Part shown: positions 29,881 to 40,130 of the stretch, piece after piece
Layout: each line of letters opens with the position of its first letter
Numbering within the stretch: position 1 is the first letter of the stretch
Source: an uncultured archaeon
GTDB lineage: Archaea > Asgardarchaeota > Lokiarchaeia > Sigyniarchaeales > SOKP01
Direction of reading: 5' to 3'
Length of the DNA: 64,000 bases
NCBI GenBank assembly: GCA_964486045.1
Contig: CAZALK010000004.1
Location: 64,001-128,000 of the forward strand
The notes under the pieces: model-generated
What the model was told of the DNA's origin: nothing
The model's database searches: none
Seen by the model: only the letters and a program-made list of their open reading frames with translations
Translations under genes and position numbers: made by a program

Positions 29881-30870
29881 ATGAAAGCGGTTGTATGGAC
29901 AAAATATGGTCCTCCGGAGGTTCTTCAGCTCAAAGAGGTAGAAAAACCTATTCCCAAAGACAATGAAGTCCTGATAAGAATATATGCGACAACAGTCACA
30001 AAAGGGGAGTGTGAGATTAGAGATCTCAATTTTCCTTTCTTATTTCGTTTCGTTATTCGAATAGGTTTAGGTTTCAGAAAACCAAAGAAAATAACTATAC
30101 TCGGGCAAGAGTTAGCCGGGGAAATTGAGTTAGTCGGCAAAGATGTAAAATTATTTAAGAAAGGTGACCAAGTTTTTGCTGCTACTGGTTCTAGACTTGG
30201 CGCTGATGCTGAGTATGTATGCCTGCCTGAAGAAGGAATGGTTGTACAAAAACCGACCAATATGACCTATGAGGAAGCCACCACCGTTCCTATTGGGGGG
30301 CTTACTGCATTACATCTTCTTAGAAAAGGAAATATCCAAAGCGGGGAAAAGGTTTTGATTAATGGTGCAGGTGGAAGTATAGGTACTATGGCGATACAGC
30401 TTGCAAAACTATTTGGGGCTGAAGTAACTGGTGTGGATAGCTCGAGTAAGTTGGACATGCTACGCTCTATTGGGGCAGATCATGTCATTGATTACACTCA
30501 AGAGGATTTTACCAAAAATGGTGAGACTTATGATGTTATTTTTGATGTGGTAGGTAAAAGCCTGTTATCACGTAGTAAAAGATCGCTTAACAAAAAAGGA
30601 TTCTATATTTTAGCCAACCCCAGTACTTCACAGAAGATTCGAGGCAGATGGATTGCAAAGACAAGTAGCAAAAAAGTAATATTTTGGTCAGAAAGCAAAG
30701 AGACAGAAGAATTATTATACCTTAAAGAGCTTATCGAAGCGGGAAAGATAAAAACTATCATTGATAGACAGTATCCGTTAGAACAAGTTGCCGAGGCCCA
30801 TAGTTATGTTGAATCAGGACAGAAAATAGGAAACGTAGTTATAACTGTAGGCCATTATGATAAAACCTAA
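29881..30870 (+). CDS. NAD(P)-dependent MDR oxidoreductase (zinc-independent, quinone-reductase-like)
   Basis: MKAVV..YGPPEVL, VLINGAGGSIG and GADHVIDY motifs. Confidence 0.92.
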   Translation: MKAVVWTKYGPPEVLQLKEVEKPIPKDNEVLIRIYATTVTKGECEIRDLNFPFLFRFVIRIGLGFRKPKKITILGQELAGEIELVGKDVKLFKKGDQVFAATGSRLGADAEYVCLPEEGMVVQKPTNMTYEEATTVPIGGLTALHLLRKGNIQSGEKVLINGAGGSIGTMAIQLAKLFGAEVTGVDSSSKLDMLRSIGADHVIDYTQEDFTKNGETYDVIFDVVGKSLLSRSKRSLNKKGFYILANPSTSQKIRGRWIAKTSSKKVIFWSESKETEELLYLKELIEAGKIKTIIDRQYPLEQVAEAHSYVESGQKIGNVVITVGHYDKT

Positions 30871-30933
30871 CAAGGTAACTGCACGGAATATTTTAATTAA
30901 TGAAGTAGATGGAAGAAAAAATGAAAAATACTA

Positions 30934-31869
30934 CTATTTTGAAATACCTAAAAGCTTTGCTGCATTATTACCTAAAATAGCTTTGACTTCCTCTTCTGTG
31001 AATTTTATTCCTTTAGGTGCGTTCTTCGGAAGGTTTTTAATTAGTTGAATATAATCCTTGGTTGGAATAACTATATCATAAACGGGTCCATCTGAGGCGA
31101 ACAATACTTTTTCCAATCCTGCGTAGTCTATTAAATCCCTTAATTCTCTACAGAATAATTCATATTTGCCGAATGCATAAGCCTGCCACATAGCCATATC
31201 TCCATATAAATTAGGATAAAATGCGGCGAGTGCTGCCCACTCCCTCCATCCGGGTGGACTACCCATATGAGCTCCAATGATCTTTAAGGAAGGGAGTTTA
31301 TTTGATGTTTCTGAGAGTAGAATTGGTTCAGTATATTTACATTGAGCAGGAGGTCCTAATGGTCCTGTATGGGTAAGTAAAATTCCCTCCTTTTTCTCCA
31401 AATATTTCAAAATTTTGATTGATTCTGGACTATTTGGATCGTATCCACTATCGCAGTGGTATTTCAACCCTTTCATCCCATATTCTTCAAAACATTGCTT
31501 CAACATGTCTAATGCGTTTTCTCTCCTTGGGTCGATTCCTGCAAAAGCCATTAAACGATCGGGATGTTTATTCGCTATATCTGCAATTCTTTTATTTAGC
31601 ATCTGAGCGATTTCCTCAGTCATCGCTTCATTATCTGCATTATCTACAGTATTTACGCATGTGAAATCAATACCGGCTTCATTCATCCATTTAATTAATT
31701 TTTCCCCGGTAACATCTGGATATCGTTCAGCACCTCTACGGGCTAAGGACTCCTCATCGATTTTTATCCCGGCCGCCTTAGCCAATCTAGATCTCTCTCC
31801 CATATTCCCCAATAAATCTTTATATTCTATCTGGTACGGACTTAGGTGATAATGCACATCAATAATCAT
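30934..31869 (-). CDS. Amidohydrolase_2 family protein
   Basis: IDVHYH, GLKYH, HTG, AHMG and LFASD motifs. Confidence 0.9.
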   Translation of the reverse strand: MIIDVHYHLSPYQIEYKDLLGNMGERSRLAKAAGIKIDEESLARRGAERYPDVTGEKLIKWMNEAGIDFTCVNTVDNADNEAMTEEIAQMLNKRIADIANKHPDRLMAFAGIDPRRENALDMLKQCFEEYGMKGLKYHCDSGYDPNSPESIKILKYLEKKEGILLTHTGPLGPPAQCKYTEPILLSETSNKLPSLKIIGAHMGSPPGWREWAALAAFYPNLYGDMAMWQAYAFGKYELFCRELRDLIDYAGLEKVLFASDGPVYDIVIPTKDYIQLIKNLPKNAPKGIKFTEEEVKAILGNNAAKLLGISK

Positions 31870-31981
31870 TTTTTTCCCTCTTTCTTATAATTTCCATTTT
31901 ATCCTTTAATTCTTATACAATATCATTATTTTAGAATAAAAAAACTTTTTGAGAATCAAATATTTGATTTTTTAAGTTGCT

Positions 31982-33427
31982 ATGTTGAATCAAATTGACT
32001 TTTTCGACAAATTATTTTATCCAAAAACTCTCGCCTTTATAGGTGCCAATCCAAGAAGAGTTTGGCATTTAAACGGTTACATAAACAGATTTCCAAAAGA
32101 TTCTCTATATATTGTTTCGAATTACATCGATGAGTTTATGGAAAACCATGAAGAGTTATTCAAAGGTGTGAATATCTGCAAGGATATTTCAGATATTCCT
32201 GATGAAATTGACCACAGTATAATTTCTGTAGGCAGAAATAGATTAATCAACACAATAAAGAAATGTTTAGAAAAAAAATTTTATACTATTCATGTTTTCT
32301 CTGCAGGAACTGGGGAATTCGATGAGAAGGGTTTTGAAATTGAAGCGGAATTGTATGATTTGTTCAAAAACAACGAAAATAGCCGACTTGTGGGTCCAAA
32401 TTGCATGGGAATTTACAGTCCAAGGGGAAGATTCTCATATAGTGGACGTTTTAGTGAACAGGCAGGAAATTTTGCATTAGTGTCTCAAAGTGGGGATCTT
32501 ACTAATCGGATTGTTTCTGGTCTAAATAGTAGAGGAGTTTATTCTTCTTTTGCGGCGAGTGTAGGTAATTCTATCAGTCTTAGATCTTCAGATTTGATAG
32601 ATTTCTATAATAGAGATGAAAATACGGATGTTATATTATCTTATATGGAGGGTTTTTCTCAATTTCGAAAATCAGAATTTGAAGGCAGAATTTTTTTCGA
32701 TTCATTGAAGGAAAATAAGAAGCCACTTCTTCTATTGAAAGGTGGAATTTCAGAATTAGGAAAAAGAGCAGCAAGTAGTCATACAGGGTCATTAGCATCC
32801 CAAAATCAAATATGGAATTCAATATACAAGCAAACAAATGCTATCCAAATAGTATCACTCGATGAATTATTAGATACTGCCGTGTTGTTTAGATTCTGTT
32901 CCAATTGTGAACCAAAACATAATAGTATACTAATGGTAACTTATAGTGGAGGATCTTCAGTGCTAGGCGTGGATTCAATTGCTCGTTTGAAAGCGGGAAT
33001 AAATGTTCCTGCGATTCGAGAACCTACTCATTCCAAAATGAAAGAGTTAATCAGAGTAGGTTCTATAACAAACCCTTTAGATCTTCCGGATGTTAGAGAT
33101 GAAAATCTCCGATTTGAGTTGTTTAAACTAGCTATTAGTGAGGAGTATATATCAGGTGCTATTCGTCTTAACCCCGGACCTAAATGGAGAGGAATGGATC
33201 AGGATGAAGAAGCATTAAAGAAATATTATGCAGATTTAAAGAGATATAAAGAAATTTGTGATAAATTAGGTAAACCATTAATGTTAACTATTCCGAATTC
33301 AAACGATGCTGATTTCAGAAAAAAGCTGATTGAAATGGAAATACCTGTGTTCTCCAGCTTTTCAAGGGCAGCTAAAGCTTTTTCCAATCTTTATCGTTTT
33401 AAAAATCCTAAAATTAAAGCAAATTAA
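31982..33427 (+). CDS. NDP-forming acyl-CoA synthetase alpha-like (CoA-binding) subunit
   Basis: GPNCMG, SQSG, SVGN, YMEG, AASSHTGSLA and NPLD motifs. Confidence 0.9.
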   Translation: MLNQIDFFDKLFYPKTLAFIGANPRRVWHLNGYINRFPKDSLYIVSNYIDEFMENHEELFKGVNICKDISDIPDEIDHSIISVGRNRLINTIKKCLEKKFYTIHVFSAGTGEFDEKGFEIEAELYDLFKNNENSRLVGPNCMGIYSPRGRFSYSGRFSEQAGNFALVSQSGDLTNRIVSGLNSRGVYSSFAASVGNSISLRSSDLIDFYNRDENTDVILSYMEGFSQFRKSEFEGRIFFDSLKENKKPLLLLKGGISELGKRAASSHTGSLASQNQIWNSIYKQTNAIQIVSLDELLDTAVLFRFCSNCEPKHNSILMVTYSGGSSVLGVDSIARLKAGINVPAIREPTHSKMKELIRVGSITNPLDLPDVRDENLRFELFKLAISEEYISGAIRLNPGPKWRGMDQDEEALKKYYADLKRYKEICDKLGKPLMLTIPNSNDADFRKKLIEMEIPVFSSFSRAAKAFSNLYRFKNPKIKAN

Positions 33428-33546
33428 AAGAATAATTTTATCTTTAGTATTTTTCTATTTCAATCTCAACGCTAGCAAAAAATTGAGAAGTATTTAAAGA
33501 ACTCTATATCATAAAAACTCTTTAAGAATGAAAATTTTTTTAAATT

Positions 33547-35778
33547 ATGACAGAAACGTTTGAATTTCAAGCTGAAATCAAAAAATTACTGAATATCCTC
33601 AGCAAATCGTTATATCAACATACCGAGGTGTTTCTTAGGGAACTCATTAGCAACTCGGTAGACGCTCTGAAAAAAATACACTTCATCTTGTTAACCAACC
33701 GTGATATTGAGAATCCCGATGTTGAGTTAAAAATAGAAGTATGGATCGATTCTGAAGCAAAGACCCTAACAGTCAAAGATACCGGAGTAGGGATGGTAAA
33801 AGATGACTTAATAAACGATCTTGGGACTATAGCTGGGAGTGGGACAGAAAAATTTGCTGCACAACTCGAACAACTAAAAGAAGAAGATAAGGAAAAATTA
33901 GATTTGGATATTATCGGTCAATTTGGAGTAGGTTTCTATTCAGTGTTTATGGTAGCTAATAATGTTTCAGTTCTTACAAAATCATACAAAAAAGAAGAAC
34001 CTGCACTCCATTGGGAATCGGAAGGCTCTGGTAATTTCTCTATAAAGGAAAATAAGCGAGAAATAAGAGGTACAGATGTAACTCTGCACATGAATGAGGA
34101 AGGAGTAGAATTTCTGAACCGATACCGAATTGAAGATATAATAAAGAAATATTCTAATTTTGTATCGTTTCCGATTTATGTAAGAGATCTGAAGGAAGAA
34201 CGAGATGCTGAGAAGCTGGGTAAGGAGAAGAAAGAAGAAGTCAAAAATAAGAAACCAGATGAAAAGAAAACGGAAGAAATTGATGAGGAGAAAGAGAAAA
34301 AAGAAGAGATTCCAAAACCTGTTAATGAGACCACACCTTTGTGGAAAAAATCTAAAAATAAGATAAGTGAAGACGATTATAAGAGCTTTTACCAATTTAT
34401 CTCCAAGCGTTATGATGAATATCAAGAAGTTATTAATTATCGTGTAGATGGTCAGGTACAATTCAAATCTATAATGTTTATTCCTAAAACACCCGATGAT
34501 AACTTATTTCAACAAGATACCGAGTACGGGCTAAGTTTATATTCTAATAACGTCATGATCATGGAACGATGTAAAGAACTCTTACCACAATGGATGAGAT
34601 TTGTTAGGGGGGTTGTGGAATCAGACGAAATTCCTTTAAATGTCGCAAGAGAAACTATCCAAACTAACCGGAAGATAAGAAAGATGAGTGATCTTCTGAT
34701 AAAAAGATTCTTACGAGAACTAAAAGGAAACGCAGAGCTTCATCCTGATAAGTATAAGAAATTCTGGGATGAATATGGTAGTTTTATCAAGGAAGGTCTA
34801 ATTCAGGACAGAATTCGAGAGAAACGCCTTAAAGAATTATTAAGATTTAAGACATCTAAGACCAATGATGATGAAGTCGTAGGATTTAAAGAATATGTGG
34901 AACGTTTGAAAGAAGGACAAGAGGATATCTATTATTTAGTTGGAGAAAATATTGATCGTATGAAACTTTCCCCCCATCTTGGATACTATCTTGAAAATGA
35001 CCTTGAAGTCATCCTCTTTGATACTACTATTGATAATTTCTTGATGATGAATATTCAAAATTACACGGTTACTGAAGGAGAAGGAGAGGATCAACAAGTA
35101 AAAATCTATAAATTAACTCCAATTGACATTTCTGAAAAAACTGAAGAGAGTAAAGACGAAAAGGATACAAAAAAAGAAAAGAAAAAGGAAAAGCTGCCAA
35201 AAGATACTAGAAAGTTCTTAGAACGGGTAAAAAAAATAGTTGGTGATAAAATTGTTGATGTTAAAGTTTCCAATGTATTGCATAATTATCCTTGTAGATT
35301 AGCGACACCAGCAGAAGGGCCCTCCTCTAGCATGCAGCGAGCCATGCGTTATTGGACACATATTAAGGGTACTGATACATTTGAAATTCCAAGAAAAATA
35401 TTTGAACTTAATCCCGACCATCCCTTAATCAGAGATCTTATAAAATTACACTCTGAGGATCCTAAGAGTAAAAAAATTGAGCCCGTAGTACTTCAATTAT
35501 TCGAGAATAGCTTAGTCTCTGAGGGAGATCTCCCCGAACCTGCTTCAATGGTTCCCAGAATTAACCAAATTCTTGAGATGTTCATAACCGGAAAAGATGA
35601 TGTAGAGCGAATTGAACCGAAGAAACAAGATATTACTGACAACGAGATAAAGGAAGAAGAGCCAGACAAAGAAAAAGATGATGCAGAAGAAGAAGAACTA
35701 TTAAATGAACAAAAAAAAACTTCTACCAGAAATGCTGATGGGAAAATCATAGTTGATGTGGATCTTGAGGATGACTAA
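33547..35778 (+). CDS. htpG: Hsp90/HtpG chaperone
   Basis: FEFQAE, FLRELISN, DTGVGM, IGQFGVGFYS, PLW, F.RGVV.S..IPLNVARE and ELNPDHP motifs. Confidence 0.96.
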   Translation: MTETFEFQAEIKKLLNILSKSLYQHTEVFLRELISNSVDALKKIHFILLTNRDIENPDVELKIEVWIDSEAKTLTVKDTGVGMVKDDLINDLGTIAGSGTEKFAAQLEQLKEEDKEKLDLDIIGQFGVGFYSVFMVANNVSVLTKSYKKEEPALHWESEGSGNFSIKENKREIRGTDVTLHMNEEGVEFLNRYRIEDIIKKYSNFVSFPIYVRDLKEERDAEKLGKEKKEEVKNKKPDEKKTEEIDEEKEKKEEIPKPVNETTPLWKKSKNKISEDDYKSFYQFISKRYDEYQEVINYRVDGQVQFKSIMFIPKTPDDNLFQQDTEYGLSLYSNNVMIMERCKELLPQWMRFVRGVVESDEIPLNVARETIQTNRKIRKMSDLLIKRFLRELKGNAELHPDKYKKFWDEYGSFIKEGLIQDRIREKRLKELLRFKTSKTNDDEVVGFKEYVERLKEGQEDIYYLVGENIDRMKLSPHLGYYLENDLEVILFDTTIDNFLMMNIQNYTVTEGEGEDQQVKIYKLTPIDISEKTEESKDEKDTKKEKKKEKLPKDTRKFLERVKKIVGDKIVDVKVSNVLHNYPCRLATPAEGPSSSMQRAMRYWTHIKGTDTFEIPRKIFELNPDHPLIRDLIKLHSEDPKSKKIEPVVLQLFENSLVSEGDLPEPASMVPRINQILEMFITGKDDVERIEPKKQDITDNEIKEEEPDKEKDDAEEEELLNEQKKTSTRNADGKIIVDVDLEDD

Positions 35779-35880
35779 CTCTCTTAAATTTTTATTTTCT
35801 TCCTTAAGATTAAAGCTCTTTAAATTTTAGAAATCCTTTTATTCATTCTTTTTTTAGTAAATTATTATCTCACTGAGATA

Positions 35881-36091
35881 TAATTCGACTTTTTCGAAAA
35901 ACTTTTTTATCCAAAAACACTCGCATTTATCGGTGCCAATCCAAGAAGAGTTTGGCATTTAAATGGTTACATAAACAGATTTCCAAATGATTCTCTTTAT
36001 ATTGTTTCAAATTACGTCGACGAATTTTTGAAACAGTAAAAGCTTTTTCGAATTTGTATTGTTATAAAAATCCTAAAATACGGTAAATTAA
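35881..36091 (+). pseudogene. Internally deleted second allele of the acyl-CoA synthetase gene (5' end fused to 3' end)
   Basis: 35881-36032 is colinear with 31991-32142, and 36033-36091 matches 33368-33427. Confidence 0.88.
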
Positions 36092-36237
36092 AAGATAAAG
36101 AATTTTCTGAGATCCAAGTAATAAACATTTATCAACTAAAATCATCTAATGAACTATAAATATAAATTTATGTAAGTTAATTTTAAAAAATTTGCTGATA
36201 TCTTTTTTAGAGTATGAAAAATTAGTTACTTATGTAA

Positions 36238-36750
36238 ATGATTGATTATGGTCATTTGTGCTTGTTAATTTTTGCTCAAGGCACGTGGAAAGAGAATTAT
36301 AAGCATAAATTGTTGGATCAAATTAAAAAGAATTTTCTTTCAAACGTGGAAATTGATGACATAGATCTTTGGAGTGAGATAAATAAGAGTTCTTTATTTG
36401 ATCCTAAAAATCCCGAAGCAAATGATAAACCTTGTGAACTATGTCATGTTCTTTATAAAATTTATGAGGGGAAAAAAGGGGGGAATGATGGATTAATCCT
36501 TTTTTCTCACAATATTATTAGTTGGAATGGTACAGGAAATTTACTGTCGTTTCTATTAGGTGAAAGAAATATAAAAAAGGTGTACTACTTAGAATTGGAT
36601 CAAGATTCTTATCTTATAAAAACTAAGGATAGAATTCCTGAGATAATCAATAATATTAAGGATATAAGGATCAATAGAACCGAGTTTTTTACTCTACTTG
36701 AAATGAAAGAATTAGAATTTAGCAAATTATATGAAATTGGTAAATTTTAG
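36238..36750 (+). CDS. Hypothetical protein
   Basis: 170-aa ORF with no recognised motif. Confidence 0.55.
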   Translation: MIDYGHLCLLIFAQGTWKENYKHKLLDQIKKNFLSNVEIDDIDLWSEINKSSLFDPKNPEANDKPCELCHVLYKIYEGKKGGNDGLILFSHNIISWNGTGNLLSFLLGERNIKKVYYLELDQDSYLIKTKDRIPEIINNIKDIRINRTEFFTLLEMKELEFSKLYEIGKF

Positions 36751-36829
36751 GATTTAATCATCGATTAATTACGAACGATTTTAAATTTATAAAAGATAAA
36801 GCACATTATTCTTTTTGATCGGTTTAAAC

Positions 36830-37267
36830 TTAATTTGAACTTAGATAATTCTTACAGAATTCTTCTGATGTGCCAATTTTTATTAGGTTCTTTACTCGAT
36901 TAAATTTTCCATCATTAGAGATTAAGAATGACACTTTCTCACGTAAAGAAGCTGCGACAATAATACTATCAGGCAATCTAAGATTTGTTTCACTTCGAAT
37001 TTTTGCCGATTGATCAGCTAATCCCCTATCCAAATTAACGATTATGTAATTATCTTGTGAATATAATTTTGAAATATATTCATCTTTCTCTTTAGGTTTG
37101 TTTATATTATAGTAACCTACACATAGTTCTGCAATTGTAATGATCGAAACAACTCCTTTTAATTGTCCATCTTCAATCGCATCTAAAATCTTAGAAGAAT
37201 ATTCGAAAAATGGTTCTTCTTCTTCCTTAACATTTATAAAGATATTAGTATCAATTGTAATTTTCAT
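36830..37267 (-). CDS. vapC: VapC PIN toxin
   Basis: IDTNIFI, IAEL, LPDSII.A and ISND motifs. TAATG coupling to the antitoxin. Confidence 0.9.
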   Translation of the reverse strand: MKITIDTNIFINVKEEEEPFFEYSSKILDAIEDGQLKGVVSIITIAELCVGYYNINKPKEKDEYISKLYSQDNYIIVNLDRGLADQSAKIRSETNLRLPDSIIVAASLREKVSFLISNDGKFNRVKNLIKIGTSEEFCKNYLSSN

Positions 37268-37503
37268 TAATCCCATTCCTTTCTTAATTTCCTCTGAAAT
37301 TCAACACCTTTAACCCCCCAACGAGTATGGCTTTTTAATATCTCTACAAGCCTTCTCTTTTCGGGTTTCTTCAGAATTATCTCATTATCTTTCAAATAAA
37401 CAATAATTTTATCCCCTTTTAAAATGTTCAATCGTTCTCTAACTTCTTTGGGAATGGTTATTTGCCCTTTTTCACTTACAGTTATTTTAGCTACTATCTC
37501 CAT
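37267..37503 (-). CDS. AbrB/MazE-family antitoxin
   Basis: VSEKGQITIPKEVRERLNI..GD motif and C-terminal LRKEWD. Confidence 0.9.
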   Translation of the reverse strand: MEIVAKITVSEKGQITIPKEVRERLNILKGDKIIVYLKDNEIILKKPEKRRLVEILKSHTRWGVKGVEFQRKLRKEWD

Positions 37504-37796
37504 TAATCATCATTTTTTACTTTCCTATTTATAAGTAAAACCTTTCTTACTTTTAAGTCTTACTATGAATGGAAATCTATTGAAAATTTTTGGTTTCATT
37601 ATTAGAAATATCTTTCTAGAACATGAATTATCATAAAATATTGCCGAAATAATTTATAAAAAGTATAATGTGAGAGTCCATATCGTTTAACAAAACCAAA
37701 TTTCACTTTGTTTCTAAAGATCAATTACTACAAAATAGTTAAAGAAATTCTTGAGATCCACGTAATAAACCTTTAAAAACTAAGACAATTTACATA

Positions 37797-38957
37797 ATGA
37801 AATTAATAAAAAATTTGGAGGAATCAGAAATGACACAAGTAGAAGTGAAAGAGAGTTATGAAAATATCCGTAAATTGCTAAGTTCTGGATACTCAAGACG
37901 ATTGCCAAAACATGAACTCACAGATAAATTAATACAAAATCTCTATCATGAAGAGGAGGTAGCAATAATTTCTTCTAGCTTCAAAGAAATTAAGGAATAT
38001 CTTACCGTTGACCAGATAAGCGAAAGATCTGGAGTAGAGGATAAGGAAAAATTAAAAAAAATGTTAGATCATATGGTCTATAAAGGTACTCTTATGAGGG
38101 GAAGAAATTCAACATATTATATGTTTTCATATTTACCGGGAATTTTTGAAGCATATTTTACTGCTGTAAGGGATACACCGGAGAGGTTGAAAGAAGCAGG
38201 GAAAGCACATAGAGGATTACGTAAAATTAGTTTCGGAACTGATGGAAGGTGGCCGGTCCCGTTACCGACTGACTTTAATAAGAAGAGTGCGTGGAGATAC
38301 GTTCCTACTATGGAACCTGTATTAAGATCAATAGAAATTAATGAAGAATTAGATGTAAAAAATGAAATATTACCATTTGAGGTTCTTGAGAAGCATCTAT
38401 CTGTTTATGAAGTCTTTTCAGAGACCCCTTGTAGTTGTAGAGAATCAGCAAAATTAGCAGATGAGAAATGTGAGAGAACTACTGAAAATTTTTGTATACA
38501 AGCAGGAGATTATGCTAAAGGTGCTATTAATAATGGAACAGGAAAAGCTTTAAGTTATGATGAGGCAATGAAACGTTTGAAAGAAGCAGAAAAGAATGGA
38601 TTAGTCCATTCTACTACAAATAAATTAGATCCTTCGATGTTTGTATGTAATTGTTGCCCATGTTGTTGTATGGCCTTAGCTCCAGTGATAAAAGGATATA
38701 AACTCGGTGCCGCAAAATCGAATTTTGATCCTGTAATTGATCATGATTTATGTGCTTTGTGCGACACGTGTGTAGATATTTGTCCAATGGAAATTATTGA
38801 GCATGTTGATGACTTTGATGGTGAAAAAATCATTTTCGGCCTTGATGGTTGTTTAGGATGCGGTTTATGTGCCGCAAATTGCCCTGAAGAAGCGATTTCT
38901 TTAGAAAAAGTTAGAAATGATATTCCGCGTCAATCAATGGGAAATTTATTCTCTTAA
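37797..38957 (+). CDS. Fe-S protein with a C-terminal 2x[4Fe-4S] ferredoxin domain
   Basis: CSCR, GLVH, CNCCPCCC, CALCDTCVDICP and CLGCGLCAANCP motifs. Confidence 0.88.
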   Translation: MKLIKNLEESEMTQVEVKESYENIRKLLSSGYSRRLPKHELTDKLIQNLYHEEEVAIISSSFKEIKEYLTVDQISERSGVEDKEKLKKMLDHMVYKGTLMRGRNSTYYMFSYLPGIFEAYFTAVRDTPERLKEAGKAHRGLRKISFGTDGRWPVPLPTDFNKKSAWRYVPTMEPVLRSIEINEELDVKNEILPFEVLEKHLSVYEVFSETPCSCRESAKLADEKCERTTENFCIQAGDYAKGAINNGTGKALSYDEAMKRLKEAEKNGLVHSTTNKLDPSMFVCNCCPCCCMALAPVIKGYKLGAAKSNFDPVIDHDLCALCDTCVDICPMEIIEHVDDFDGEKIIFGLDGCLGCGLCAANCPEEAISLEKVRNDIPRQSMGNLFS

Positions 38958-39116
38958 ATATTACCACCTTTTTTAATTCCATTTAATCAACTTATTTTTG
39001 TTGTTTTTTCGTTAATTATCTATACGACAAAATTGATATTGAAAGTTTCAAATTTGAATATCAACTGGTCTGATTTGAAAGATTTAAATTGAATAGAACT
39101 TAAAATTTGATTCCTG

Positions 39117-40130
39117 CTAGTCCAAGAGTGAGTCGAGTGAAATGAATTTTTTGGCGAAATCCCGAAAAACAGCATTATCCGGAAACCATATTTTATTCTG
39201 GCGACCATATTGCCAAAGGATCATGCGATCCATCAGCATGTAAATACGGAAGCGCTCCTTATAGCCTGGACGTAACGGGCATCGCTCTCGGTAAGCTGTT
39301 ATGAAGGTTCGTGCTGCGTCTTGATTCGGAAAGGCCAGACTTGCAGTCATACGCGACAAATCTTGCTCTCCGTCTCCATAAGCACAGGTCATAAAGTCGA
39401 GGATCCCGCTAAGTTTCCAGCTATCCTTGGATCTCTCAACCAATAAGTTCCCCTCCTTATAGTCGTAGTGGACGAAGCAAGGTTGAAACGGGACTGAAAG
39501 CGCTTGCCGATTTTCCTTTATGACCTCGTTAATGAAATTGAGATCCCTGTCGTGAAGCGCATCTGGAACGTTCAGGGTCTTTGTTTGCCAGTCATTGAGC
39601 GATCGAATCACCCAATCACTGAACGAATCCTCCGCGCAAATCCCTCCTGAGGTGGGATCGTATTCTCCCGGTTCCAAAGCGGTCAAGCTATGCATTTCTG
39701 CTAAACCGTCACCCATCATCCTTGCAATCTCGACGTAATCTTCGGATCTGAGTTGATCTCGGAGATCAGAGGGAGGTATCCCTGGAAGACGCGGCATCAA
39801 AGCGTAGTTCCAGCCGAATAAATCCTCTGTTTCCTCGACAAGATAAGGCCAGGGTATCGGTGCTCTAGTGCTGCGATGAAGCTGTTCGAGGAAAAAGCGT
39901 TCTTTTGCGAACTGCCAAGGCCAATGGGGCGCGCCCCTTAGAACCCACTCACCGGACTTTGATGTCAGGAAGGCATTTTGACCGAAAAGACCGGCGGTTA
40001 TTGGCTGGACGTCTATAAGGTCGCCGAGATTATGCTTGTCCAACGCTGCTTGTAACTGATCTCGCGATAATTGCCCAAGTCGCTTAGAGAGCTTAAATTT
40101 GTCAGCCTGATCGTTATGCAATTTCTTCAT
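39117..40130 (-). CDS. Aminoglycoside-phosphotransferase-family kinase, GC-rich
   Basis: GLFGQN, WVLR, HYDYKEGN and GILDF motifs. Start placed at ATG 40130. Confidence 0.85.
   Translation of the reverse strand: MKKLHNDQADKFKLSKRLGQLSRDQLQAALDKHNLGDLIDVQPITAGLFGQNAFLTSKSGEWVLRGAPHWPWQFAKERFFLEQLHRSTRAPIPWPYLVEETEDLFGWNYALMPRLPGIPPSDLRDQLRSEDYVEIARMMGDGLAEMHSLTALEPGEYDPTSGGICAEDSFSDWVIRSLNDWQTKTLNVPDALHDRDLNFINEVIKENRQALSVPFQPCFVHYDYKEGNLLVERSKDSWKLSGILDFMTCAYGDGEQDLSRMTASLAFPNQDAARTFITAYRERCPLRPGYKERFRIYMLMDRMILWQYGRQNKIWFPDNAVFRDFAKKFISLDSLLD

Noticed and set aside
33982-34461. Long antisense ORFs (also 28321-28653, 29925-30260, 20563-20919, 45385-45705, 57680-58033 and others)
   Set aside because: They are shadows of well-supported genes on the opposite strand, with composition mirroring the sense codons
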